Below are positions 26,261 to 38,500 of a DNA stretch of 64,000 nucleotides, one piece after another (within the stretch, counting starts at the first letter, position 1; each line of letters begins with the position of its first letter). The stretch is from Felis catus (taxonomy: Eukaryota). The DNA lies in NCBI RefSeq assembly GCF_018350175.1, contig NC_058368.1, positions 138,200,001-138,264,000 on the forward strand, in the 5' to 3' direction. The position numbers and the translations under genes are program-made. The notes beneath the pieces are model-generated. The model saw only the letters and a program-made list of their open reading frames with translations. It was not told the DNA's origin and searched no databases.

Positions 26261-26495
26261 TATGAGATTATGTATATAATCTCTCAACTTGTTCTGTAAG
26301 ACACAGCTTGAAGGTTTTTTTTTTTGTTTTCTGCAAGACCTCTGAATTCCCTGAGTTCATCATTCTTCTTAAAAATTTTTAGAATTTATTTTCTCATGAT
26401 AAGTGTACTCTTTAATCCCCATTTCCTATTTCCCCCATCCATCCATCCACCTCCCCTCTGGTAACCATCGGTTGGTTCTCTGTAGTTAGAACTAA

Positions 26496-26496
<1 letters not shown>

Positions 26497-26582
<86 letters not shown>

Positions 26583-26657
26583 TTCTTTCTTTCTTTCTTT
26601 CTTCTTTCTTCTTTTTTCTTTCTTTTTTCTTTTTTTCTTTCTTTTTTCTTTCTTTTT

Positions 26658-26725
<68 letters not shown>

Positions 26726-26726
26726 T
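26497..26726. repeat. Compound (TTTC)n microsatellite, ~230 bp, grown from a SINE A-tail
   Basis: Pure pyrimidine run abutting a minus-strand SINE. Confidence 0.95.
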
Positions 26727-26733
26727 TAATGTA

Positions 26734-26782
<49 letters not shown>

Positions 26783-26947
26783 GGGGGGCAGGCAGAGGGG
26801 CAGAGAGAGGGAGTAAGAGAATTCTAAGCAGGCTCCTCACTGTTAGCACAGAGCCTCATGCGGGGTTTGATTCCATGAACCGTGAGATCATGACCTGGGC
26901 TGAAATCAAGAGTCAGACACTTAACCCACTGAGCCACCCAGGTCCCC
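26727..26947 (-). mobile_element. Older Can-SINE with internal (GT)n at ~26736-26779
   Basis: Ends gagccacccaggtcccc. Confidence 0.9.
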
Positions 26948-27171
26948 TGTGGAGTCTGTTTCTTGATTTGTCTGTCGTTTTTGTTCCTTCACTCATTTAT
27001 TTTGTTTCTCAAATTTCACATATGAGCGAGCTCATATGGCATTTGTCTTTCTCTGACTTTCTTTGCTAAGGATTATAACCCCTTGCTCCATCCATGTTGT
27101 TCCAAATGACAAGATTTCATTCTTTTTAATGGCTGAGTGATAGTCCATTATGTATATACAGCACATCTTCT

Positions 27172-27398
27172 TTTTTTTTTTAAATTTTTTTTTTCAACGT
27201 TTATTTATTTTTGGGACAGAGAGAGACAGAGCATGAACGGGGGAGGGGCAGAGAGAGAGGGAGACACAGAATCGGAAACAGGCTCCAGGCTCCGAGCCAT
27301 CAGCCCAGAGCCTGACGCGGGGCTCGAACTCAACGGACCGCGAGATCGTGACCTGGCTGAAGTCGGACGCTTAACCGACTGCGCCACCCAGGCACCCC
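27172..27398 (-). mobile_element. Young SINEC_Fc inside L1
   Basis: TSD acagcacatcttcttt. Carries the extra-T variant (ctcAacggacc). Confidence 0.95.
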
Positions 27399-28861
27399 AC
27401 AGCACATCTTCTTTATCCATTCATCAACTGGTGGACAGCTGGGCTGCTTCCACAATTTGGCTATTGCGAATGATGCTGCAGTAAACTTATCCTTGCCACT
27501 TTGGCTTTTGCATGTTTTTATAATAGCCCCTTCATTAGTGCGTTGCAGCTAGTATTGAATGTCTCGCGCTAAGACAGTGAATTCCTTGAGGACAGAGCCG
27601 GGTGACCTGTTTTCACAACTCTACTGCTTGGATCACAGAAAGCAGGCAGTAAATATTTAAAGCATATTTTGGCACAGATTTACTCACACTATACTCAGAT
27701 ACTTTTTCAGTTTGTCTTGGTTCCTATATTTTGCCTGTAATAGATCTGATATTGTTATGAAGTCCTATACTCCAGACGGTGGGGAGGGGAAAGGATGTAT
27801 TTTAGTCTAATACAGAAAACTTGGTATGATGCAATAATAGAAACCATTATTTTCGCTGTTCAGTCTCTCCAAGTAAAATATCCAGTTTATCCAATTTCTT
27901 TCTGATCCTCCTCTTTCTGGCCAAGCTGCTATAGAATGTGATTTTTCTGGTGAGGATGGGGGCATTTAGAAGAGGCCTAATTTTTGAATGTCCCGTGGGT
28001 CCTCCTGGTGTCTGCTACAGATCTGCTGGCCTGGGCTCTTCCCTAAGGCATGAATGTTTTTTATGGGGTGCCATGACATCTTTGACCAATGTCCTGCAAC
28101 TGTATCCTCTCCCTGGTGTTAGTCTAGATTTCTCCTGGTGACTTCTCCTTCACTGACTTGGCCTCACCCTTGTTATACTATATAAAACTTGGGATCTCTG
28201 TCCCAGGCTGCTGGCTCGGGTGTTTCTCTAGAGATATCTGCTCCAGGGTCCTTTCCTTGGTGCTGTGGCGGGTCCGTGGCAAGCCACAAGTACTCTACTC
28301 AGCCATTAATACTCCTCTCACAGGCCTGTAGGATCTTAGGGACCCATTCCCCCCACTTAGGCAAGTGGGGGCAGCTCGGGAAAGCTGGCCCTGCTGCCTG
28401 ACCTCACTCTCCCACTAAGTGTTCTTGGCAGTGGTTTCCCTTGTGATGGTATGGGGCACTCTGCAAGGTGGTCTCCTTCAGAGCCCCATGTGGAAGTACG
28501 AAAGCCCATCAACGCTGAGTTCCCCCCAGGCAAGGAAACCACATGTCTCATTTCTTTGATCTCTTTTGTCCCTGCCAATGAAAACCCCGTTATGAATTCT
28601 AACAAATGTCATATCCAGCTATCATTCATACTAATTTACCCAGAGGTTTCCAGAGTTGCTCAGGATTCTGAATCCTTTCAGAAATCAAGTAGAGTTTCCC
28701 ATCTGGGAGAAACCCAGAACAGTCAGGAGGAATGTCAAGCAGTGCTTGGCTTTCATCATTGATTGATTGATTGATTGATTCATTCATTCAATCGACATGT
28801 TGTTGAGCACACAAAAATAAGTGAGAGGTATTTGGAAGCTGGTAAGAGAGTAGATTTTAAA

Positions 28862-29074
28862 TTTTTTTTTTTAACGTTTATTTATTTTTGGGACAGAGAG
28901 AGACAGAGCATGAACGGGGGAGGGGCAGAGAGAGGGGGAGACACAGAATCGGAAACAGGCTCCAGGCTCCGAGCCATCAGCCCAGAGCCCGACGTGGGGC
29001 TCGAACTCACGGACCGCGAGATCGTGACCTGGCTGAAGTCGGACGCTTAACCGACTGCGCCACCCAGGAGCCCC
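28862..29074 (-). mobile_element. Young SINEC_Fc inside an L1MA-type 3' end (~28825-29210, +)
   Basis: TSD aagagagtagattttaaa. Confidence 0.95.
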
Positions 29075-29701
29075 AAGAGAGTAGATTTTAAAAGTTCTCA
29101 TCACAAGAAAAAATATGTGTATGACGATGGATGTTAACTGGACTTATTGTGAGCATTTTGCAATATATACAAATATCAAATCTTTGTTATTCACCTGAAA
29201 CTAATGTCATTCATCCCCCCCCCCCCAAAAGTGAAAGGATTTACGTTTTAGTGGAGAATTCTCCATTTCATTAACATAGTTCCTTTGTGGTAGTGGAACT
29301 TAGTTACTTTTGGGGATGTTAAGTGGGGCAAAAACACATAGCTCTACAGATGGGTGCTGGAGAATTGGAGCTCCGTGTGACTTCTGAATTGGATAGAATC
29401 ATTTTTATGTGCCATTGGTTTTTTTTTTTTCTACAAGATAATCCAGGATATGAATTATTCATAGGGTTTCTTGTGATGATGACATATAGGAGCATCTTCC
29501 TTATCAGTTAGTTTGTATTTTTTCTCTACGGTTAACAGGAAAGGTCTTGTCAAAGTCCTGCCAGTTTATTTGACGTCTTTCACTTCTGTCCTGGTGGTTG
29601 TATGATGTGCTCCTTTTTTTCCCCTTCGGTTTACTTAGTGCTCCTTTGTGGAGACTGACTTGATTTAGGCCTCAGCTACATCAAGAAGGAAAGGAATTGC
29701 T

Positions 29702-29817
29702 GGGCCACCTGGCTGGCTCAGTCGGAGGAGCATGGAACTCTTGATCTTAGGGTCTCGAGTTCGAGCCCCATGTTGAGCGTAGAGATGACTTAAAAAAAAA
29801 AATAAAAACTTTTAAAA
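29702..29817 (+). mobile_element. Short old Can-SINE (tRNA head + A tail, no CT repeat)
   Basis: A/B boxes tggctcagtcgg and gagttcgagcc. TSD aaggaaaggaattgct. Confidence 0.85.
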
Positions 29818-32000
29818 AAGGAAAGGAATTGCTGGGTAAGTCTAATCACAACACATGACTGGACATGTCCCAGATAGCTTGGGAGAAGCCAGGGTGGAAA
29901 GGGTGGAAAAAAGTTACATAGTGAAACTGCTTTTGCACACATAAAGGTAGGTGCTCTTAAAGGCTACTTTGTGTTACTATAATTAGGAATGAGAACTTGG
30001 AAAGATTTGGGAGAAAATTGTTACTGCTCTCTTAGAACAATGTTTTCTTGCTCTCTTCAGCCTTCTCTGCATCCCCCCCCCACCCCCCCACCCCGTGCCT
30101 CTGGTATATGACCAGGAAAAGGCCTATTCTCTTCTTGGATAATTTTGATAATGAGGTCTTTCAGAACAGCAGAATAGGGCTTCTTTTAGGATCTGATTTT
30201 AGAGTACCAAGTTGTAACTTGTTATTTAGAAAGGCTTTTAAATTGTTGTTCTGAGGGAGAGGGCTGGAAAAACAGCTTTCACCTCAGCACCTTTGGCATC
30301 CCTTGACTTTTGTCCTCAGTTCGCACTGTTAACAGAATAGGTCGAGAGGTCTGATCTTATCCCAGGGCTCCCTTTTCTTTCACAGGATCCCAGGAGGCTG
30401 AGGAAGCTCTGAGGATGAAGTAGGCATTTGGATCAACGTTAGAACCACTCGATTTTGGTAGATAGAGGTTCCCTGCGTTCTCCCAGGCATGCCTTGGTGT
30501 ACACGTACATCTTCGAGTAACTTCATTTTACATTATGACCCACAGGAAATTCCTGGGCTGGGGATAATTTTAGAATGTGGATGGCTCTTTTCTGTAACCT
30601 CAAGTCCAACTCAGAAGGATGAGGCCAAGAGATTTTTCCAGGCCAAGACTAATATCAGGAAAATCCTAAGAGAAACTTAGAGGAAGAATAAGCAAGGAGA
30701 TAAATGGCAGTCTAGCCCTGAAAATGTTCCTTTTCACGTAGGACGGTGAGTGTTTTTCATCCTTGTGGAACCCCCGGAGACCAGTGACAGAAAGGGCTAC
30801 TGTAAGTTTCAGAATTCGGCAAAAGTTCTCTTTCAAGTTGGGAGTCAGGGGCTAGTGTGCTGCAGTGAGAAAGGCTGTCTCATTGGGCACCATTTGCATT
30901 CTGGTTCTGTCACTTAATGGCTTTAGTGGGTTAGTCATTCTCTTTGGGCCTCGCCTTCCTTGTCTACAAAGCCAACACGATAACATCTCAGGTGGCTAGG
31001 GAGAGTTGGGCTCGCAGACGGGCCAGAACAGTCCTATGTACTCCTGCAGAAAACACTTCCAATTAATGCATTTACATGGGTATCATCTGATACGGTCGGT
31101 TTACCGATTACCTGGTATTTTGCCTAAGATTCTGCAGCCATTCTTTCACATCGGCACATTTTTAAGACACAGCCTATTTCTTCCTTTGTTTTACGTGTAA
31201 AAACGGTTACTGTTAGAACTCGAGAAAATCTGGAAACTGAAGAGTTGAAATTAAAAGCCACTTTGTTGTACTCCATTACCCAGAAGAGAGCAGCTAACAT
31301 CTCCGTGTATCTTTCCAGTCTTGCTCTCAGTTACCTTGTACGTTGTTGCGTGGCTGAACAAAATGAAATCCTCTACTTACTGTTCGATGAATGTTTTCTC
31401 GGTGAGACTCAGACTGTCTTATTCCGGCAGCAGATCTACAGAGGCAGAAAGCATGGGCTCGGGAAGTGAACAAACACACGTAGGCACAAGTCATATTGTA
31501 ACACATTAATGAAAGTTCCTGATGGGAAAATGCCAGACATTGCTGAAATGCCATTTTATTTAGCTCAAGTGGGATACTCAGTAAGCCCAGTTATTAAATA
31601 AAGTATTTTGAACCAGCTAGCAGAGTGCCTGCGTGGAGCTGCCGATGACTAGTTTGGGGAATTTATTTAAATGGCACCACGGTTTCTTACTCTGTAAAAT
31701 GGAAATAAGAAATAGTACTGTTTCAAAGGATCGTTCTGAGGACCAAATGAGCCATTAAATGGAAATGATACAGTTCTTGGTTTAGAGAAAGCATCGTATC
31801 AGTGTGAGCTGTAATAGCAGTGTTATCTAGTATAATTACCTGTTATAGAGCAGGTGTTTAATAGATGCTGATTCTTGGAGTACCTAGTGTTTTTCTTCTC
31901 TCCATTTTAATGTTTTGGGTTTCTTTCCGCTGATCTTCCTAGTACCTTTACCTTGCAAATCTGCCTGATCGTCCATTGTTCCTTTAATAAAAGAGTGATC

Positions 32001-32228
32001 GGGGCGCCTGGGTGGCGCAGTCGGTTAAGCGTCTGACTTCAGCCAGGTCAGGATCTCGCGGTCCGTGAGTTCGAGCCCCGCGTCAGGCTCTGGAATGATG
32101 GCTTGGAGCCTGGAGCCTGTTTCCGATTCTGTGTCTCCCTCTCTCTCTGCCCCTCCCCCGTTCATGCTCTGTCTCTCTCTGTCCCAAAAATAAATAAAAA
32201 CGTTGAAAAAATAAATTAAAAAAAAAAA
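32001..32228 (+). mobile_element. Young SINEC_Fc
   Basis: TSD aaaa(g/a)agtgatc. Carries the ctctggAAtgatgg variant. Confidence 0.95.
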
Positions 32229-33306
32229 GTGATCACCCGGTTTTTAAAATAAAGAGAAGAAAGAGGAATTCTTGGGCTGCTGCTGCCCGCGGGCACGTCG
32301 TCGGATGGTGTTGCACAGGAAGCGCCCGCCACCTGCAGGGTTCGGCACAATGGGAGAATCTGTTTTTAGCTCAGACCCCCACCAGGAAGTTGCTTGTCCT
32401 ACCAGGAGGAACGAAATAAAACTTCTGTCTCCAGAGTGTGGTACATCAGATAGGACAAAACACAGAGGGAACGGGGCAGGAAGGGCTCAGAGAAGGAGAA
32501 CAGCTTGTGGCTGTTTAGAGCCTGGTTAGGGGACCTCCTGGGGAAGTGGTCTATAATGACTGTACTTAAAGATGTTTTTAAGAGCCTGAGATGGAGGCTG
32601 AGGGACCTGGGCTGGGCCCAACAGGTAGCACGGTGGCTGGTATTCAGTAGACACTCAGTAAATGTTGGAAAAGGGAATGAAGGAATGAATGGAAAAAATA
32701 AGAAAGCAATACTCCCCTCACAACCAGGTGTAGAGCAAGGACAGCTGAGCAGCTCGCAAGAAAACTTCCAGAATCTGAGGAAATTTGTCAGGTGGGGAAG
32801 GAATAGTCTCTTAGTTGTACCTGGTACAAGGTTTCTTTTCTTCATGAAGAGTATTCACGCCTTCAGATAATATTTATTAAGTATCTCTTATGTACTTGAC
32901 ATAGTTCTAGGCCCTGGGGATATAGTGGAGAAAGCATTCAATGTCACTGTTCTGAGGGAGTTTACATTTTAGTAGAAGGAAACACAATATATAATATATA
33001 CATAATGTGTTAGGTGATGATTAATGGTAGAAGAGAAAAGAGAACAGGTGGTTGGGGGAGGTGTTGTTTTATATACCTAATGGCCTGGGAGAGCCCGTTT
33101 GATAAGATAACATTTGAGTAAAGAGCTGATGAAAGTGAGGAAGCAAAGCATCTGGTTATCTAGGGGAAGAACAATCCTGGTAGAGAGTATAGCAAGTGCA
33201 AATGGCCGGAGGCGTGGAATAGCAAGGGCAGTGTAGCTGGAGTAGAGTGATCGGTGGGCTTCAGAGAGGTTGGGTGAGTGTGGAGAAAGGGCAGATTGGG
33301 TAAGTC

Positions 33307-33614
33307 TGATACTGTGATTTATAGTAGGAAGTACATATTTGGGCTTTCTCCTGTTTCTGGCAAAGAGTTCCTAAAAGTCTTAGACTGTCCTAAGTAGTGA
33401 ACGTGATAAAGACGTGACTTTTGGACCTAAGATTTGGGGGCTAGTTGCCAGGAGAAGGGGCCATGTGATTAGAAGGTTGGAACTTTTAGTGCCCCCCAGC
33501 CCCGCCCCTGCCTCCAGGGAGGGGGAAATGGGCTGAAGATTGAGTTCAGTCACCAATGGCCAAAAAAAATGTTTTTAATGTTTGTTTATTTTTGAGAGAC
33601 AGAACATGTGCACG

Positions 33615-33652
<38 letters not shown>

Positions 33653-34358
33653 CACTGTAGAGGAGAAGAGAGAGAGGGAAACACAGAATCCAAAGCAGGC
33701 TCCGGGATCCCGGCTCCCAGCTGTCAGCGCAAAGCCTGACTCGGGACTCAAACTCATGAACCGCGAGATCATGACCTGAGTCAAAGTGAGAGTTGTAACT
33801 TACTGAGCCACCCACGCATCCTACCAATGGCCAAAGATTTAATCAATCAGGTGTATGTAATGAGACAAAGAGGCCAGGATTCAGAGAGCTTCTGGATGGA
33901 AAACAGAGGTGTCAAGATAGCTTTGCACTGAGAGAACATAGAAGGTCCCCATGCCTTGCCCTCTGCATCTCTTCCGCGTAGCTGTTCCTGAGTTATATTC
34001 TCTTCTAATAAACCAGAAGTTGAATTAGTAAAATGCTATTCTCAGGTCTTTGAACCTCTCAGGCAAATTAATCACACCTAAGGAGAGGGGCTCACGGCAA
34101 CCTCTGATTGATAGCTAGTTGGTCGGAAGTATAGGTGACAAGCTGGACTTGCATCCGGTTGAACCGGGGGTGGGGAGCAGTCTCCTAGGACTGAGCCTTT
34201 AACCTGTGGATTCCGATGTTATCTCTGGGTGGAGAGTGTCAGAACTGAGTTGGATTGTAGAACGCTCCGTTGGTGTCTGCGAGTTGCTTGCGTGTGTGGG
34301 GATATACCTTCCTCAGACACGCCCTGCCCATGTTAAAGTGGGTCCTAGAGCCATCTTA
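33307..34358 (+). mobile_element. MER21C-like ERVL solo LTR, interrupted by a SINE
   Basis: tgatactgtgatttata...gttcctaaaa...ccatgtgattaga.ggttggaactt...caccaatggcc.aagatttaatcaatca...aataaacc. Confidence 0.7.
33565..33822 (-). mobile_element. Can-SINE with expanded (GA)n
   Basis: TSD accaatggccaaa. Confidence 0.9.
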
Positions 34359-34986
34359 GTAAGTAAGGCATGGTAGGTTGGAGTAAAGTTTGGCTTGTAC
34401 TCAAAATGAGATGGGTAGCTACTGGAGAATTTTGCAGAGTCAAGACATGATTTGGTTTTCTTTGTAAAGAGATTGCCTTTGTATGTTGCAGAGGGCAGGT
34501 TGTCAAGGGCAGAAAAGTGGAAGCGAGGGGGCCAGTTAAGGGGACAGTGATCTTGCAATGGGCTTGGCACGAGATGGTGGTGACTCACCTTGGCAGGACA
34601 GTGGCTGGAGGTGGAAAGAAAAAAAAGGCCGGACTGTGGATCTGTTGGGTTGTGAAAGAGAACAGTCAAGGTGACTCCGAGGAAAGGCAGAGTTGCCCTT
34701 CACTGTGAGGAGCACGTGGAGAAGGGAGAAAGTCAGGAGTTCTGTTTTGCAACTCGCGGATGTTGGACAACTCTGTGGAGATGTTAAGGACAGGGTTGTG
34801 ATTCAGGGGAGAGGTTGGGGTCGGAGATGAAACTATAGGAGTCATTATCGTAGAGTGATCTGTGAGACCATGTTGTTAGATGACCCAGGGGATGTGGGAG
34901 AGGGAGAGAGAAAGGCAGAGGGAATGTGAGGATTGATCCTAGGACCCTGCAACCTGCCAAAATTTAGAAGATGAGGGAGACTGAGA

Positions 34987-34987
<1 letters not shown>

Positions 34988-35026
<39 letters not shown>
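34988..35026. repeat. (GA)n microsatellite
   Basis: Seen directly. Confidence 0.95.
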
Positions 35027-35030
<4 letters not shown>

Positions 35031-36309
35031 AGGTTTGTCCTGGAGGCAGAGGGGAAAAGAGCAATGAGCTGTGTCAAATGCTATCCTAGGTCACATAAGG
35101 TGAGCAGGGAGAACTGACCACTAAGTTCTGGGGGCACAGTCTCAGTGGGGTGGAGGTGCTGGGAACTGAACTCTCAAACATCCTTTACCCGTCTCATGGT
35201 GGTTAGTCGTTCTCAATAAATCCTTCTCTATGCATCAACTGCTGGGGTTAAAGCACAGTTAAATGAATGGATGAGGGAAAGAAACCAACCTGCCCGGCCA
35301 ATGTAAAGAGATACCGGGACCGAGCGAGAGGCCCTCTGCTGACCATGGCAGGCAAGAGCTGGGCCCCCAGAGTGGGCCGAACCCGGTCAGCAGCACACTT
35401 GCAAAAGGCTGCCTTAGCTGGCCTGGTTCGTGTCTGGGTGTGGGTCTCTTACACAACCAGGCAACTGGGCCGCATTTTCCTTAAGCTGCAAGGCCCTTAG
35501 CTTAGGGAGGGAGGGTTGGATTTCATTAGAACTCAGGTTGCAGAGGCCCTGCACTGGTCCGTGCTATTAACTATTCCCTGCCCACTTGGAGGTAGTTGTA
35601 AATATCAGAAACAAGAGAGGTTATTTGCAGCTGCTTTTCCCCCTCTCCCTCTTTCTAGCTCCCCTCCCTGTGGGTGAAATACATTTATTCACATTTGTCT
35701 CTCGTGTTACCAAACCAGAGCGTCTAGTCGAGCAAAGAAGTGCTGATGCAAACTTCTGTTTCAGGGGAGTCCTTGTAGAGTTGCATAGATCACATTACAG
35801 AGCAGGGAGCATAAGGGGAGACGAGAATGCTGGGGACCCACTTGGCGTTGGTGTTTATTCTCTAGGCACTCTGCAGTGAGAACCTGGCCCAAGGCCGCTT
35901 GATCATGTTGGAACATCGTAGTTTCTGAAATCCTTCCTTTGTTCTTGGGAAACACTGTCTCTGGTTGTCTGCCTTTATTCTTTGTTCTTTTATAATCTCC
36001 TCTCTTTCGGGAGCTCTCATGCTTGAGTTGCTGGAGGTAAATCTTATGGACCGTTGTTTAACTTTGTTTTTTTGGTTGCCATTTTCAGGATGAACTTGGC
36101 AAAAATTTCTTAACGTGAGCTAAATCTGAAGTACGGGAGTTACAACGTTTTAAAAGCTCTTCGTGTAGGAAATGGAATGTTTTGAAAATTCCAATTTCCT
36201 AGGGTTGGTTTTAAACATGTAGAGTTATAACCAAGGTAGACATCATATTATTAAAGAAGCAAAACTATGGTAAAGTATCAAAACCATACAGCCTCATTTA
36301 CTTGTATGG

Positions 36310-36540
36310 TAGTAGCGAGCATTTATATAGGGCTTACTTTGTGGTCAGATCGTGTCCAATCAGTTAAAATATTAAATCACTTCATCCTGATGATCATCCT
36401 AGGAGATAGGTTATCATACCTGTTTTACAGATCGGGAAATGGAGGTGTGGAGAGGTTGAATAACTGGCCCAGGGTCTCACAGCTAATACATGGTGAAGTA
36501 GGGCTTTGAATTCAAGCAGCCCAATACCTTTGCTCTTAAT
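36310..36540 (-). mobile_element. MIR
   Basis: Core ttttacagat.gggaaat.gagg...gagaggtt.aataact.gcccagggtc.cacagcta. Similar MIR relics at ~14840-14960, 22215-22320, 23900-24070, 30840-30980, 39700-39900 and 49990-50140. Confidence 0.8.
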
Positions 36541-37931
36541 ATAAACTGGAGTACGTTGTTCTTTGCCAGTTTAAAATTTGCAGCCTTTTGGATGGGCATC
36601 GAGTTTTGCTTACCTTGTATACAGTCTTTGAAGTATTGGGTTTACTACCCAGTAGAAATAAATGTTATCAACAGAACTGTAAAGTTAACTTTTTGCTAAG
36701 AAAAACGGTTTTAAAAAGAACCTAATTTAAGACAAAGAGCTGATTTTCTTATTGCAAATTATTTCTGTATGCTAATTGAGAAAGGATCTGAAGGATGTTC
36801 TTTTTTGGGGCAGCAGTTTTTCTCTTAATTTGCTACTAAAGTGGAAGGTATGAAATGTATCTTAAATCTTGAAAAGATAAGAAAAGCTATTGTAGCTTTT
36901 TTCTTTTAATTTCTTTTTTTTTTTCTTTAAATGACTGAGGCAAAAAGAAATTAGCCACTTGGCTATATGTAGCTGGTGATTATTTGAAAGTATTTTTGAA
37001 GACTTTCTTTTTTTCCCTACTAAATCTTACTCTGGTTTGAAGCTCATTAGATATGGTGACTAGCTTTGAAGTTAATAAAGGAGTGGAGATCTTGTAAGTG
37101 TGTCACCTTCTGGTTTGTTCTCCTGTGTTCATTTCTACATCCAATTATCCTTTGGTAGTCTTTGGCAAGTTGGGACTCTGGATGCTTTGTGGAAAAAGTC
37201 TTAGGGGTCAGTCTTCTAAATTGTTGCATTGAGTGACCCAGAAAACCTACATGGCAGATTGTGGATGAGAGATCTCGAGAGGAAACAGATTTTCCATTGT
37301 CACTACTGTGTTCTGATTTTGTACAGTTATGTTCCCTCCCCCAACCCCCACAAAGAGTGATTGTCTCGGTGGAGTCATTACCTGAGTGACAGGATGATGA
37401 GCTGGTCTAGGCAGCTTTTCCAAAGTGTAGGGTAAGTTCTGGGCACTCTTGGTCTTGGAGATTGGATCCCAACCTAACATGAGATGGCATTGAATCACAT
37501 AATAAGGCAGGTATTTGCTTTGCATTTTTCTTTTGGTCTCTCTGCTGATTCAAGGAGAAAGTTCATTTTGCACACTGCTTCTTGACCACCTTTCCAGTCC
37601 TTGTGAATTTCCCTTCATCACATTGAGCGAGCGGCCCTTGTAGGGTGTCAGCGTTGATGGGCAACTGTGTTCAGTCAGAAGGTAGTTACATGGTTTTAGT
37701 GTGTATAATTCTCTTCGGCTTTTTGTGGGGAATACTAGCTTTCTGTTTATAGTGAGCATAAAGTGTTTCTTTCAAACTTCATTGTATTCAGAGTAAAAAG
37801 GTGAGTCAATCTAAATACAAGTACTAGAGAATATAATAACACAGGTAGTAAGTAGCTATGGCAAAATTGTGAATTTGGTAGAGGAATGACACAATCTTGG
37901 GAAATGCTGGTATAATATCTGCGTAATTTTT

Positions 37932-38246
37932 ACAGCAGATCCCGTTTCTTGTTTGAAATTACTGGGACTAGATTGGTTTTAGAATTTAGCATTTTCAGAT
38001 CTTTTTGGAATAATGCTTATATATATGATATGACTGGCAATGCCATTCTCCAGTGTGGTAATATTTCTGCAGCAGAATGCATGAGTATTCACACCAGATA
38101 AGGTAAATAAAAACTCTGCATGGCCTCATATGGATTCAGGTCAGACTTTGCACCAAATATGTTTGTGAGCCAAATTGCTACAGAAAAGTTTTGATTTTAA
38201 GATCTTTCTTGATTTCAGAATTGGAGATAAGAGATTATGCACCTGC
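37932..38246. mobile_element. MER46C-like TcMar-Tigger relic
   Basis: Ends ttcagaattggagataagagattatgcacctg, internal ttcaggtcagactttgcacca. Confidence 0.6.
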
Positions 38247-38431
38247 CTTTGTTAACAAGTGACATCGTTTTCTAAAACACTAGTCAAATTATGAAGGCAA
38301 CAAATTAATCCCCAGTTTGGTCAAAGTAACCAAAGGAACTCGGCCATCTTGGAGTTTATTTTACTGCTTGGTTTGATCTTACACATTCTGACCTGCTGCA
38401 TAGGGCCAGGTAGATTTGTTTGTGTGTGTGT

Positions 38432-38500
38432 GGCGGGGGGGGGGGGGGTGGGGGTGGGGTGGGGGGTGGGGGGGTGGGGGGGGTGGGGGCGGGGGGTGGG
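38432..38500 (+). repeat. G-rich (GnT)n tract, G-quadruplex competent
   Basis: About nine G-runs of 3 or more separated by single bases. Confidence 0.9.

Larger units (their letters stand above)
26375..27490 (-). mobile_element. Carnivore L1 3' end interrupted by two SINEs
   Basis: Same 3' end as the L1 at 6651 (tctttaatcccc...cctctggtaa). Resumes at ~26950 and ~27400. Confidence 0.85.
32868..35150 (-). mobile_element. L2 relic split by an LTR insertion (pieces ~32868-33306 and ~34359-35150)
   Basis: Antisense L2 3' end atttattaagtatc...ttctaggccctggggatatagtg, purine-rich L2 body on both sides of the LTR. Confidence 0.7.

Noticed and set aside
26412..26849. 145-aa K/E/R-rich ORF
   Set aside because: Translation of (GAAA)n and (CA)n microsatellites.
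29702..29780. tRNA-like A/B boxes
   Set aside because: Followed by an A-tail and flanked by a TSD, so a tRNA-derived SINE rather than a tRNA gene.
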